A stretch of 64,000 nt of DNA from a virus. Shown one piece after another: positions 29,639-39,447 of the stretch. The translations under genes and the position numbers were made by a program. The notes below the pieces were generated by a model. It ran no database searches and was not told the origin of the DNA. It was given only the letters and a program-made list of their open reading frames with translations. Each line of letters starts with the position of its first letter. The stretch's first letter is position 1. The stretch is from the IMG/VR virus record IMGVR_UViG_3300037483_001670, positions 64,001 through 128,000 of that record; one strand, written 5' to 3'.

Positions 29639-29872
29639 CTACTCGATGGGATCGCCGAAGACGAAACGTTGCTTCTTCCGCCTTTTCTTGGCCGGCGCCC
29701 AGCTGAGCAACCGATTCGCTGCCTTCCATAGCTTTCGATCTTTCTCCGTCACGATGATCGACGTTCCCTCGGGCGGCAGCTTCTCGTCGTGGAACGACAT
29801 TGTTTCGATCGCCACCGCTTTTGCCGCGGCGATCACATCGTCCCGCAAGGTCTTCAACGTCACTTTCGGCAT
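29639..29872 (-). CDS. hypothetical protein
   Basis: MPKVTLK start with GGAG..AGG RBS. Confidence 0.5.
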   Translation of the reverse strand: MPKVTLKTLRDDVIAAAKAVAIETMSFHDEKLPPEGTSIIVTEKDRKLWKAANRLLSWAPAKKRRKKQRFVFGDPIE

Positions 29873-29874
29873 GG

Positions 29875-30099
29875 TCAGCCTTTCTCCACGGGCGCGTCCT
29901 CGATGGTCCAGTCGATGATAGGCGAGCACGTCGGCACAGCCACGAAACGATTCGCCTCGTCTCGCGTCATTTGCTTGGCCCGCCGGGGTGCAGACACGAG
30001 CCCGTTCTCGGACAACCACCGCTTCATCCCAAATGTGTTCGTCCCCACGACGTAGAGCTTTGGCTTCGCAAAGAGGCGCTGCCACCATTGCCTCAGCAT
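29875..30099 (-). CDS. hypothetical protein
   Basis: TGATG overlap. Confidence 0.5.
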   Translation of the reverse strand: MLRQWWQRLFAKPKLYVVGTNTFGMKRWLSENGLVSAPRRAKQMTRDEANRFVAVPTCSPIIDWTIEDAPVEKG

Positions 30100-30536
30100 C
30101 ACGGTTTCGGACTCCAGTTCGAGCACTTCGCCACGGCGACGCGCAGTTCGTGCCCAGCATCACGCGCAAAGTCGCGCGTGAGACAAATGTCACCGAGGCG
30201 CGACGCGAAGTTGACCCGGTAGCGCTTTCCTTCGTGGTCGCAAAACAGCTTGAAACGCTCGGTCCACGGGCGAAAGTCCACCTGGAGCACCGCCGGCATC
30301 CGAAAAAAATTGAGCACGAACCGCGCGTACGGATCGCCGCCGTGCCGGTCGATGAAGTCGTCGACGTCGATCCCGTCCGGATTGCGCTTGTTGACGATCT
30401 CCCGCTCGGCCGTCGTGAGCTGCCTCCAAAGCCGGTCCATCGCATCGCGCACCATGCCGGCGGTCGTATCGTCCTGGTCGTCCAGAAGGCGCGCCGCCTC
30501 GTCGAGGCTCAGGTAGGCCGCAAGGTAGACGTACAT
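30099..30536 (-). CDS. hypothetical protein
   Basis: Packed operon. Confidence 0.55.
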   Translation of the reverse strand: MYVYLAAYLSLDEAARLLDDQDDTTAGMVRDAMDRLWRQLTTAEREIVNKRNPDGIDVDDFIDRHGGDPYARFVLNFFRMPAVLQVDFRPWTERFKLFCDHEGKRYRVNFASRLGDICLTRDFARDAGHELRVAVAKCSNWSPKP

Positions 30537-30539
30537 CGA

Positions 30540-31001
30540 TCAGGCTTCCTCGCGCTCTCGCGAAGCCACCGGCTCCGGCGGGTCCGAAAAGACGGGTCTC
30601 CGCCCGGTGGCCCACACAGGCTCCATGCTGATCTCGAAGCTCCACCCGGAATAGTGCGAGCTCACGTAGGCGACGACCTTAACGTGCTGGCTTTTCTCCA
30701 ACATCGCCTTCAGCTTGTCATCGAAACAGCCCATACCGCCCGCCTCGACCGACGCGCGAACCTCTTCCGATGCCCCCTCGATCGCCGCTGCGCGCGTCGT
30801 GAAAAGGTGCACGTATTCGTGGCGCGAGGTGTGCCCCATCGAAACGATGTTGCGCGTCGTCTTGAGCTCCCACACGTGGAGCGCCGACTCGTCAGGCTCG
30901 AACATCAAATCGCCCGCTTTGCGCTTCGCCACCAGCTGGGCATGCCGTTTGGCCGATTCCTCGGCCACCACCGCCAACGTCGCACCTCGCGCCGTCTTCA
31001 C
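30540..31001 (-). CDS. hypothetical protein
   Basis: GTG start overlapping the uvrD stop (GTGA). Confidence 0.55.
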   Translation of the reverse strand: MKTARGATLAVVAEESAKRHAQLVAKRKAGDLMFEPDESALHVWELKTTRNIVSMGHTSRHEYVHLFTTRAAAIEGASEEVRASVEAGGMGCFDDKLKAMLEKSQHVKVVAYVSSHYSGWSFEISMEPVWATGRRPVFSDPPEPVASREREEA

Positions 31002-34000
31002 GGCAGCGCCCGATCGTTTCGCACGTTGAGCCGCATCGCCGCTCGTTCCTTCTGCTCGTACTCGTACTGCGTGATCCACACCCGGTGCTGCTCCGGCAGA
31101 TCGTCGAGAAACACGCTCGGGTCGCTCGTGACGATCTGCCCGTACCGCAGGCGCCGGGCGCAGTACGTCAGCCAAAGCTGCCGGCGCGCGCGGGTGATGG
31201 CCACGTACGCGAGGCGCCGTTCCTCGTTCTTGTCGGGCGCGAGGACCGCGTTCTGGTGCGGGAACACACCCTTTTCCATGCCCACGATGAAAACGTAGTC
31301 GAACTCGAGCCCCTTCGCCGCGTGCACGGTCATCAGCACCATCTTCGCTTCCGCGTCGGCCGAGTCCTGATCGGTCAGCAGCGCCACCTCCTCCAGGTAC
31401 CCGAGCACCGTCGGGGTTTCCCCAACATTTCCCATGCGCTTTTCGTAGTACGCGATCGATTCCACAACTTGGTCACAGTTTTTCGCCCGCTCCTCCGCGT
31501 CCTCCATCGCGCGGGTCGATTTCGCACCGATCGCCTCCTCGAGCCACATGGCCTTGTACCGAGTCTCCTCGATGAGCATCGCGGCCATGTCGCTCGGCCG
31601 CATGTTCATCGTCCTGCCACAGAGCCCTGACATGATCTCCTTGAACTTCGTCAGCTGTTCACGTTCCTTCAGGCGGATGTCGGGCGACCACGCCGCGTGA
31701 TCGAGAGCTTCCCACATGGAGACCTTCTTACGCTTCGCAACTTCCCTCAGTTTCTTCACAGTGCCGGCGCCGATGCCGCGGACCGGTCGGTTGATGACGC
31801 GGATGAGGTCGACGTCGGAGTTCGGCTTGGTCGCGAGGCGCAGGTACGCGAGCACGTCGCGCACCTCCTTGCGCTCGTAGAACGAATGCCCGCCGACGAC
31901 CACGTACGGGATCGCCGCCAGGCGGAGCTCGTCCTCGATCGGCCGCGAGAGCGAATGCGACCGGTAGAGCACCGCCATGTCGCCCGGCGCCGCGCCGGCC
32001 TTGATCAGGAGCCTCGCCCGGTCCTTCACGAACGTGCCCTCTTCCCGATCGTCTGGGCACTCGATCACCGTCACCCGCGGCCCGTCCGGGTTCGCGGTCC
32101 AGAGCGACTTCGGTTCCCGGCCCTCGGCCACCTCGATGACGGCGAGGGCCGCGCCGACAATGTGCTTCGTCGATCGGTAGTTCTGCTCGAGTTTGACGAT
32201 CCTCGCGTCGGGGAAGTCCGTCTTGAACCCGAGGATGATCGACCGGTCGGCCCCGCGCCACGAATAAATACCCTGATCGTCGTCGCCAACCACGCACACG
32301 TTGCGCTTAGCTCCAAGGGCGCGCACCAGGCGGTACTGGGTCATGTTCGTATCCTGGAACTCGTCGACCATGACGTGCTCGAACCGGGCGCGGAGATCCA
32401 TCCCAATCTCGTCCTCGCGCTCGGCGAGCCGCATCATGTTAACGATGAGATCCTCGAAGTCGAACGCGTCGCCGTACTGAAGCCAGTCCTCGTACTGAAT
32501 CCAGATCTCCCGGAACCGCTCCTCGTCCTCGTCCATCGGGTTGATGTCGTGCGGCCTCAGCGCCTTCTGCTTGCAAAGGCCGATCTTTTCAAGTGTCTCG
32601 CCGAGATCGACCACCTTGCGGTCGATCTTCATGTCGTCGAGCACCTGCTTCAGCACCACCTCCTGCTCGTCCCGCGTGTAGATCTCGAAGGACGGTGTTC
32701 GCTGGACGTGCTGCGCGCGCTTCCGCAGCCCCGCCGCGCAGACCGAGTGGAACGTGCCCGACACGAGCCCCCGCGTCGCCCCGGGCGCCACCTTGTCGAT
32801 CCTGTGGCGCATCTCCGCCGCCGCCTTCTTCGTGAAGGTAACGAGCAGCATCGCGCCGGGCCGGACGCCCTGCTGCAAGAGGCGCACGGTGCGGGCGGTG
32901 AGCGTCTTGGTCTTGCCACTGTTGTGCGTTACCGTAAAATCGTCGAGCAGGTACCGACCGTCACCCTCGATCGAAAAGCCGCAATATCGTCCACGGCCCA
33001 CAGGCTCAACGGATTTGACGCCGGTACGCAGAACGTTCTTTTTCTGACGCCGCGGAGAGGCCATCTTCCTGCGGATTCGACATGGCACCGCCGACGTGTC
33101 CCCGGAAATGCTGACACGGTGGTACGTCCCACCGTGGCCGTTCTGGTCGTGCTTCTCGCACGCCCTCACGTAAGCGGCCAAGCCCACACTGCGAGACAAA
33201 AAAGCAACATCGTCCGCCAACTGCTTCGACTTATTGATCCAGTCGTACCCGTTGGCGTGCAAGTGCCCATCCGTGTCGAGCAGGCCGGCCAACACATGCA
33301 ACCGCACCGCTCGCGAGCCTTTCAGGTAGGGAGGCGGGACAAATCGGAGGTCGCTCCGCAACTTATACAGCCCCAGCTCACGCAATTCGTTGATGAGCTG
33401 ATTCGGATGCGCGTACCGACCCAAACGTGGTCCACGGTAACTGATGCCGTACGATCGCGACGACGGTCGAGGGTTTTCGTCCACCCTCACATGCAACCCA
33501 TACCTGCGCGCCTGCTTTCGCACCTCTCGATGAATCTCCACGTCTGGTTTCGACACGGCAACGCCAGCCCCCATCGAGCCATCGCCCAGAAGAACTCCTA
33601 AAAAGTACGGCTCCACCGTCACCTTGCCAGAGTCGCCGTGAAATACCGCAACCGGCGCCCTAAGAAGCTTGCTCTCCACTCTCCTCTTCTTGGACAACTT
33701 GAACCAATCGCGCACCTTCACATCGAACACACGGCCAGTCGTCGTGTCGACCAACGTCAGCACGTGCTGATCGTTCACCACGAACGCAGCCCCTTTTACC
33801 GGCGTTACCCGAAACATCGGAGCACGCCCCGCAACGGTACGCAGCACTTGCCTCTCAGTACCGTCCCAGCCCATTACACGATCGCCGACCATCACCGCGG
33901 CAGCGCGCTTGACGGAGCCATCCGACATCATGATGCCCTGATTGGGCTCGTGACACCCGGCGCCCGCAAAGATGAGCAGCGGCCCCGTCGTGTGCATGGC

Positions 34001-34036
34001 CGCCTCGCGCTGCGGCTCGTTCAGCTCGGCGAGCAT
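30998..34036 (-). CDS. uvrD: UvrD/PcrA/Rep helicase containing an intein
   Basis: LNEPQREA, AGAG|SGKT, TFTKKAA, VDEFQDTN, VGDDDQGIYSWRGA, LEQNYRST, MTVHAAKGLEF, EERRLAYVAITRAR. Confidence 0.96.
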   Translation of the reverse strand: MLAELNEPQREAAMHTTGPLLIFAGAGCHEPNQGIMMSDGSVKRAAAVMVGDRVMGWDGTERQVLRTVAGRAPMFRVTPVKGAAFVVNDQHVLTLVDTTTGRVFDVKVRDWFKLSKKRRVESKLLRAPVAVFHGDSGKVTVEPYFLGVLLGDGSMGAGVAVSKPDVEIHREVRKQARRYGLHVRVDENPRPSSRSYGISYRGPRLGRYAHPNQLINELRELGLYKLRSDLRFVPPPYLKGSRAVRLHVLAGLLDTDGHLHANGYDWINKSKQLADDVAFLSRSVGLAAYVRACEKHDQNGHGGTYHRVSISGDTSAVPCRIRRKMASPRRQKKNVLRTGVKSVEPVGRGRYCGFSIEGDGRYLLDDFTVTHNSGKTKTLTARTVRLLQQGVRPGAMLLVTFTKKAAAEMRHRIDKVAPGATRGLVSGTFHSVCAAGLRKRAQHVQRTPSFEIYTRDEQEVVLKQVLDDMKIDRKVVDLGETLEKIGLCKQKALRPHDINPMDEDEERFREIWIQYEDWLQYGDAFDFEDLIVNMMRLAEREDEIGMDLRARFEHVMVDEFQDTNMTQYRLVRALGAKRNVCVVGDDDQGIYSWRGADRSIILGFKTDFPDARIVKLEQNYRSTKHIVGAALAVIEVAEGREPKSLWTANPDGPRVTVIECPDDREEGTFVKDRARLLIKAGAAPGDMAVLYRSHSLSRPIEDELRLAAIPYVVVGGHSFYERKEVRDVLAYLRLATKPNSDVDLIRVINRPVRGIGAGTVKKLREVAKRKKVSMWEALDHAAWSPDIRLKEREQLTKFKEIMSGLCGRTMNMRPSDMAAMLIEETRYKAMWLEEAIGAKSTRAMEDAEERAKNCDQVVESIAYYEKRMGNVGETPTVLGYLEEVALLTDQDSADAEAKMVLMTVHAAKGLEFDYVFIVGMEKGVFPHQNAVLAPDKNEERRLAYVAITRARRQLWLTYCARRLRYGQIVTSDPSVFLDDLPEQHRVWITQYEYEQKERAAMRLNVRNDRALP
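32921..33955 (-). mobile_element. 345-aa intein with LAGLIDADG endonuclease, inserted in the UvrD Walker A
   Basis: Begins with Cys (CHEPNQG), block B VNDQH, FLGVLLGDG and LAGLLDTDG, ends THN with +1 Ser; removing it restores GAGSGKT. Confidence 0.95.
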
Positions 34037-34353
34037 CAGTGGACGCGGACGAAGCCGAGCAGGTGGTACCCGGTGACCTCCGGATCGCCATCGCCGAAAT
34101 TGACGACGATCTCGTAGCACTCGTCCGGCGGCATCCCGACGGAGAGATCGATCGCCCGCTCTTCGAGCTCGACGCTGTGCTTGCCCGCGTCGAATGGCAC
34201 CGGCGAGCCCTCGATGTCGGCCTCGAAGCCATCCAGCACCGTCTTCATGGCGTGGAGCGCCTCAGCCTTCGTCGCGAACACGCCCTCGAGCTCGAGCGTG
34301 ACCTCGTTGTCGTCGTCCTCATCTGCGTCCGTATCCGTCACCAGCACGTACAT
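34036..34353 (-). CDS. acidic hypothetical protein
   Basis: AAGGGAG RBS; TGATG overlap with uvrD. Confidence 0.6.
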   Translation of the reverse strand: MYVLVTDTDADEDDDNEVTLELEGVFATKAEALHAMKTVLDGFEADIEGSPVPFDAGKHSVELEERAIDLSVGMPPDECYEIVVNFGDGDPEVTGYHLLGFVRVH

Positions 34354-34364
34354 GGCATCTCCCT

Positions 34365-34808
34365 TCAGGCAACGAGCTTCGTCTCGTCGACCTCAAACAA
34401 GTTCAGTTCACCAAGATAGGGAATCAACTTCGGAAAGACTTCGACGTTCTGCAAGATGAGCCCGTTTTGCAGCTTGCGGTTGTATTCGCGCATCCACCAC
34501 TTCACGTCGACGCCCCACTTGTCGGCCACCTTCTGCGCCTGATCGGCGAAGCTCCCCCTCGGGATCACGTCGACGAAGTCGCAGCGCCCCACGATGCCGC
34601 CAAAGGCCAGATCCTCGCGCCGCGGCGGCTCGACACCGATGCGGCGCATCCGCTCGCACGAATCCTCGTAGTAGGGCGTCGACATCGTGAGGGACGCATG
34701 CAGCAAGATGGGGCCGCGGTGCTTCGGCACCCAGCTCCGATTCTCGACCCGCTTACCGAGGTACAGCACGGCATGACACCAGGGATGCTTCATAGAAAGA
34801 GCGAACAT
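34365..34808 (-). CDS. ASCH domain protein
   Basis: ALSMKHPW..AV..GKRVENRSW...RGPILLHAS. Confidence 0.85.
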   Translation of the reverse strand: MFALSMKHPWCHAVLYLGKRVENRSWVPKHRGPILLHASLTMSTPYYEDSCERMRRIGVEPPRREDLAFGGIVGRCDFVDVIPRGSFADQAQKVADKWGVDVKWWMREYNRKLQNGLILQNVEVFPKLIPYLGELNLFEVDETKLVA

Positions 34809-35495
34809 CTACTCCTCGTCGATCGGAACAGCGAGGCCGGCACGCTTCAACGCGAGCAACGCCAGATCGCACACCTGGCCTGGCGTGTGGTACGGCTCGA
34901 CGTTCACGTAGTGCACTTCCCCCTTCGGAAGGAGACCCTCCAGCGCGTAGAGCTCGACCACCCGGCGCTGAATCGCCTCCGTCTCGAATACCTCCGCCGC
35001 TTTGCCTCGGCCGGCACGGCGAACGCTCGCGAGCCCCGGATCAATTTTGAGCACCAGCGTCACGGTGGGCCGAAGCAACATCCCATGGATCGACCGAATC
35101 CAATTGACCCGATTCGTCCACCGCTCGTCGCCCTGCACGAACCCAGAGCCCACCATCTGGTAGACGAGCGTCGACAGGTCGTACCGATCGCAAATCACCG
35201 TCTCGCCGCGGGCGAGCGCAGGATGCACCACGTAGTGCAGATGATCCGACCGGTCGGCCGCGAAAAGCAGCGCCATTGTGTTCGAGTCCGGGGGGCGCAC
35301 TGGGGCCTGCCGATCCATCGCAAGCCGCCCCGTCAGCACCTGGCGGATGAGCGACCCGATCGGACCATTCGTCGGTTCAGCCGTCGCTCTCACCGGCGTC
35401 TCGTGGTTCTCCCACCAGTCAACGAGTCGTTTCACCAAGGTCGTCTTGCCGCACCCGTCCGGACCCTCCACGACGATGAAAGCCGCCTCCGTCAT
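34809..35495 (-). CDS. tmk: thymidylate (dTMP) kinase
   Basis: FIVVEGPDGCGKTT, EP, LLFAADR, VICDRY..S..VYQ. Confidence 0.92.
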   Translation of the reverse strand: MTEAAFIVVEGPDGCGKTTLVKRLVDWWENHETPVRATAEPTNGPIGSLIRQVLTGRLAMDRQAPVRPPDSNTMALLFAADRSDHLHYVVHPALARGETVICDRYDLSTLVYQMVGSGFVQGDERWTNRVNWIRSIHGMLLRPTVTLVLKIDPGLASVRRAGRGKAAEVFETEAIQRRVVELYALEGLLPKGEVHYVNVEPYHTPGQVCDLALLALKRAGLAVPIDEE

Positions 35496-35926
35496 GGCGG
35501 CCCCGGCTCCGCCGGCATCGGCGCAGCCCACAGGTCTTCGCCGTAGGGCACCACCTCGAACACCGTCGCGTAGAGCTCCGCGAACGGCGACCACTTCAAA
35601 AACTCTTCGCGCGTGAACCACGTCACCGGGCAACCGGTCTCCATCTCCCTCGGCTCCCCGGCCGCGAGCACCCGATAGACGTGGACATGTCTCGCGCGAT
35701 TGAGCTTGACCGATTCCGGGTTCTCGTACGCCGAGTCGAAGACCGGCGTGTACTTCGCCGCGCCGAGGCCGGTCTCCTCGCGGAGCTCGCGCAGAAGAGC
35801 CTCCTCGAGCGTCTCGGTGTCTTCGACCATGCCGCCCGGCAGGGACCAGCCGCCGTAGCGACGGTTCCACACGCAAAGGATACGACCGTCGGCACGCTCG
35901 ATCAAAGCTACGGCTGCGCGTTTCAT
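35492..35926 (-). CDS. NUDIX hydrolase
   Basis: WSLPGGMVEDTETLEEALLRELREETG Nudix box. Confidence 0.92.
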   Translation of the reverse strand: MKRAAVALIERADGRILCVWNRRYGGWSLPGGMVEDTETLEEALLRELREETGLGAAKYTPVFDSAYENPESVKLNRARHVHVYRVLAAGEPREMETGCPVTWFTREEFLKWSPFAELYATVFEVVPYGEDLWAAPMPAEPGPP

Positions 35927-35934
35927 GACCGACG

Positions 35935-35987
35935 ACGGTACTCGCCCCGGCGCTGCGCCGTCAAGAACGTACTAGTACGATCATAAC
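35935..35987 (-). promoter_or_regulatory. sigma70-like promoter with the same upstream operator as at 6443-6465
   Basis: Minus strand GATCGTACTAGTACGTTC-TTGACG-18-TACCGT; 23 nt identical to the 6443-6465 block. Confidence 0.75.
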
Positions 35988-36895
35988 TATTCTAGGACAT
36001 TGACGGTCACGGCGTCGCGTGCCTGCGAAAGCGGCACCGCATGCCCCGGATCGGTGATGGCCCAGAAGGGGCGTTCGTGTGTGTCCCGCCGCACGTGCCC
36101 GACGTTGTTCAAGTGCACGTCGGCGAGCAGCAGTCCCCGCTCGAGATAAAAGTCGAGCGCTTCGCCCACTTCGGGACCGCCCGGCTCGTGCTCCATCAAT
36201 TCCGCAACGATCGCGCATGCCCGGACGAGCGCCGCCGCCCGTTGCGCGCCCTTCAAAGTCCCGAACGGCCCGGCGCGCTGACCCTCCCAATGCTGGCGAC
36301 CCATCCCCTCGCCGATGTCGTCGAGCTCGACCTTGTCCCGCGCCCAATCCTCGTAGCGCTTCATGCTCGCCAACGTGGCCGCCTGGTCGGCCGCGCGCGT
36401 CACAATGTCCTTGACGATGCCGGCACATGTCTGAAACACCCGCAGGTGCCAGACGAACTCCTGCATGGCACGCGGATCCTCGCCTGGGAGATTCTTAAGC
36501 CACACGAGCCGCCCGACGTCGTACGCCTCCTCGCGCCAAAGCACGAAGACGGGCCGACCTCGGTACTCTGCCGGCAGCCGGTAGATCGCAGCGTAGTGCA
36601 CGATGCCGTCGGGGAAGGCGCGCATCTTCATCGCCGACGCCACGAAGTGAGCCTCGAGCGGATCGCTCGTCACCTTCAGCACGAGCCCCTTGCGGCTGGT
36701 CGGCAGGACGCAGCCGTAATGACCGCACCCGTACTCCTCCACGCTCCGCCGCTTTCCACTGCTTCCCACTTTTTCCGTCGGCATGAGCTCCTTGCCGACG
36801 CGTTCCTGCATCGCGTCCCACGATTCCGCGAGGCTGCGGTTCACCCATGCCGGGTTCGGCTCGAACTCCTCGAGCTCGGCGCGACCGGCAGTCAT
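35987..36895 (-). CDS. protein-kinase-like protein
   Basis: YGCGHYGCV Gly loop, VLKVT, DVHLNNVG catalytic-loop-like motif, ITDPG. Confidence 0.6.
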   Translation of the reverse strand: MTAGRAELEEFEPNPAWVNRSLAESWDAMQERVGKELMPTEKVGSSGKRRSVEEYGCGHYGCVLPTSRKGLVLKVTSDPLEAHFVASAMKMRAFPDGIVHYAAIYRLPAEYRGRPVFVLWREEAYDVGRLVWLKNLPGEDPRAMQEFVWHLRVFQTCAGIVKDIVTRAADQAATLASMKRYEDWARDKVELDDIGEGMGRQHWEGQRAGPFGTLKGAQRAAALVRACAIVAELMEHEPGGPEVGEALDFYLERGLLLADVHLNNVGHVRRDTHERPFWAITDPGHAVPLSQARDAVTVNVLE

Positions 36896-37374
36896 AGGTG
36901 CACGAGCCACCGCGTGAGCAGGTAGGCACCGAGGCCGGTCATGCCCACTGCCAGCGCCCGACCGACGTTCGAGATCGCCGCCGTGCTCACGGCCGGCACC
37001 TCGACGTCCCACGGGTAGACGTCGGGGGGCGGCGGCTCGCATTCGGTCGCCATGAACGTCATCACGTTCGGGTTGCAGGTCGTCGGCGCCGGCTGGCCGC
37101 TCATGTCGTAGACGGTGACCCCTCGAATCGGAGGGTCGACGTTGACGCGCTTCCCGCCTCGGTTGGTCCACGTGTGCCATTCGACCCGCGCAAGCGCCGG
37201 CACGCCGGCAAACACATTCGGCACGGTCGCCCCCATCGGATACGCGGACGGATCATGCACGATCGCCGATGCCCACTTGCCCATCTCGGGCGGCACCGGG
37301 CGCGTCCATATTTTGGCTCCAGGAGGCGGGGGCGGGTTGAGTGCCACGACCCGTAAGACTACCCCGAAAACCAC
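36892..37374 (-). CDS. Pro-rich hypothetical protein with C-terminal hydrophobic helix
   Basis: ATGA-type coupling with the kinase-like gene; TM-like C-terminus. Confidence 0.45.
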   Translation of the reverse strand: MVFGVVLRVVALNPPPPPGAKIWTRPVPPEMGKWASAIVHDPSAYPMGATVPNVFAGVPALARVEWHTWTNRGGKRVNVDPPIRGVTVYDMSGQPAPTTCNPNVMTFMATECEPPPPDVYPWDVEVPAVSTAAISNVGRALAVGMTGLGAYLLTRWLVHL

Positions 37375-37428
37375 GTGCCGAAAAGCCGCCTTTGCGACGC
37401 GGGATCGGGCGTGCCAGGTTCATCCAGG

Positions 37429-37614
37429 ATGAACGCGATCCGACTCGAGAAGAAACGACGGGTGCGCGGCGCACGCTTGGTGCGCCGCCTCCTGCGCCGG
37501 GGACACGACAATGCTGGCCGTTGGTTTTGGCTTGGTCGGGTCGCCTTGAATCCGTGGCTTACGATACCCAACGAGGCCTACGCGTACTTGTGGGCGTACC
37601 TGCGGATCCGCTGA
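37429..37614 (+). CDS. cassette mini-ORF (61 aa)
   Basis: Starts 11 nt after a motif; its stop begins the next motif. Confidence 0.55.
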   Translation: MNAIRLEKKRRVRGARLVRRLLRRGHDNAGRWFWLGRVALNPWLTIPNEAYAYLWAYLRIR

Positions 37615-37662
37615 TTTTTCGCCTTTGTGAATCGCCGGAGCGCGTGCCACGTCTGACGGACC

Positions 37663-37881
37663 ATGGCGAAGTCGACGCGAGCGTACCCCCTTCCGAGAGT
37701 AGAGAACGACCCGCGCTTCAATTTGGGGCTGCTCCTTGCGGTCGCCGAAGTTCTCGAAGCGAAGGGATTTCCCAAGCCAGACGCTTACGACTTCCCCGAT
37801 CTCTCGGTCGCGCTCTTTCGTTTCCTCTACCGAGATGAAGCCGCGGAAGCCGCGACGAAGGTTCCTGGCGAAGGGCGCTGA
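37663..37881 (+). CDS. cassette mini-ORF (72 aa)
   Basis: Bounded by motifs on both sides. Confidence 0.6.
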   Translation: MAKSTRAYPLPRVENDPRFNLGLLLAVAEVLEAKGFPKPDAYDFPDLSVALFRFLYRDEAAEAATKVPGEGR

Positions 37882-37926
37882 TTTTTCGCCCTTGCGGGTC
37901 GAGCTCGCGCGTTTCACGATCGCCAG

Positions 37927-38115
37927 GTGCCTAGCTGCGAATGCGAGGATTTTCGTTCGGAACGACCCGCGGGGCAAAAGTTTGCCGTATGTGGAGATCC
38001 AGCTGAATGGCGGCGCGACGACAACGGGCCAGGCCCGCCCAACATCTGCACCAAGCACGCGGAGACGCTTCGGGCCGCCGGGCTTGCCGTGGTCAAACCC
38101 AACCCGTTGAACTGA
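37927..38115 (+). CDS. cassette mini-ORF (62 aa, Cys-containing)
   Basis: Bounded by motifs on both sides. Confidence 0.55.
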   Translation: MPSCECEDFRSERPAGQKFAVCGDPAEWRRDDNGPGPPNICTKHAETLRAAGLAVVKPNPLN

Positions 38116-38160
38116 GTTTTCGCCTTTGCGGAGCGCCTGCGGGCGTGCCAAGCCTTCGAC

Positions 38161-38337
38161 GTGACCTCCGACGAAGCCGATCGATACGTGCGGCGTGAGC
38201 TCGGAGAATGGCTCTGCAAGTGGCTCAGCGATGAGCATGAGGGGGCCGAACCGCGCTTTTCTCCAACCGGCGATCCCGACGAGCTCGCAGCCATCAATGA
38301 TGCCTGGGGCCGGCTGCGCCGCTATCTCTTGGGCTAA
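38161..38337 (+). CDS. cassette mini-ORF (58 aa)
   Basis: GTG 9 nt after a motif; TAA begins the next motif. Confidence 0.55.
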   Translation: MTSDEADRYVRRELGEWLCKWLSDEHEGAEPRFSPTGDPDELAAINDAWGRLRRYLLG

Positions 38338-38382
38338 TTTTCGCCTTTGCGGCTCGCGAGCTCGCGTGTCACCGTCCGAAGC

Positions 38383-38655
38383 ATGCCCGCCGTGATCCTC
38401 GGACTGCCCCCCGACAAGTGCGACCACATCTACCCGCGGACCCGGGATGGCCGTTGCCAGGGCTGCGGTTCGGTGAGCTGCGCAGCGCCGAAGGATCGAA
38501 GCCTGGCTGGTCTCGGCGGCCCGCGCTGCGGAAAGCCGGCGACCATGCGGCGCGACGGTCAACCGCAGTGCGATGAGTGCTGGGCCGACCGGCCTCACCT
38601 CGCTTCGTGCGTGCACGGTGATTGCTGGTGTAAGCCCGGCAGCGACGGGACCTAG
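38383..38655 (+). CDS. cassette mini-ORF (90 aa, Cys-rich)
   Basis: Bounded by motifs on both sides. Confidence 0.55.
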   Translation: MPAVILGLPPDKCDHIYPRTRDGRCQGCGSVSCAAPKDRSLAGLGGPRCGKPATMRRDGQPQCDECWADRPHLASCVHGDCWCKPGSDGT

Positions 38656-38692
38656 TTTTTAGTCGTTGCGGCGCATCTGACCGCATATCACG

Positions 38693-38905
38693 ATGACCGG
38701 AATGACCACTCGCGATGATGTCGACTTCGTGAACGCGCTAGGAGCTCGGTGCGGAGACCTGTCGAAGCTCGAACGTGACGCACCGGCGCCGATCACCATC
38801 GGCGAGCTGCGCCGGCTTTTGACCATCCTAGCCAGCCAGATCCAAATGAACATGACGATCGTCGACGAACTCAAACGCAGGTGCGAGGCATTGGGCATCG
38901 GCTAA
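38693..38905 (+). CDS. cassette mini-ORF (70 aa)
   Basis: Bounded by motifs on both sides. Confidence 0.6.
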   Translation: MTGMTTRDDVDFVNALGARCGDLSKLERDAPAPITIGELRRLLTILASQIQMNMTIVDELKRRCEALGIG

Positions 38906-38950
38906 TTGCCGGTTTGCGGAGCGCTCGAGCGCGTGTCAGCGTCGATCCCC

Positions 38951-39220
38951 ATGAAGGACTGGGGCCCGAGGGGAGCTCTCATCGCCCCGCCGGGCCCAGC
39001 GTCCTCGGCGGCGCGAAAGGGTCTACCGCGTTTTTCGGCCCGCGATTGGGACGGATCGTACGGCCATGGGGCGCGGCGGGCCCACTACGCCGTTGGCGTG
39101 GTTCGGTGCCCTACTTGCGGAGCTCCCCGCGGCGCGCTTTGCCAAGGTGCGCTTGGGCCACATTTGGGAACCCACATCGAGCGGCGCAAGGCATACAGCC
39201 AAGCGAAGCGCGCGAAGTGA
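38951..39220 (+). CDS. cassette mini-ORF (89 aa, CPTC..C Zn finger)
   Basis: Bounded by motifs on both sides. Confidence 0.55.
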   Translation: MKDWGPRGALIAPPGPASSAARKGLPRFSARDWDGSYGHGARRAHYAVGVVRCPTCGAPRGALCQGALGPHLGTHIERRKAYSQAKRAK

Positions 39221-39264
39221 CTTTCGCCCTTGTGAGCCGGCTCGAGCCGTATCAACCTGGATCG

Positions 39265-39447
39265 GTGGCAAAACACCGTACCAGTGCGCTCGACGGTTCT
39301 CCCGAATGGCGAGCACTCTTCGCCGGCCTCGTGGCCAAAGCCGAGATCGAAGAGCGCGCAGTCGAAGCTTTCGCCGAGCACTGGGGACTCAAGTACGACG
39401 CCGACCTCCGCGAGCTCGTCCGCTTTGCCCGCCAAGGCCCACACTGA
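39265..39447 (+). CDS. cassette mini-ORF (60 aa)
   Basis: Bounded by motifs on both sides. Confidence 0.55.
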   Translation: MAKHRTSALDGSPEWRALFAGLVAKAEIEERAVEAFAEHWGLKYDADLRELVRFARQGPH

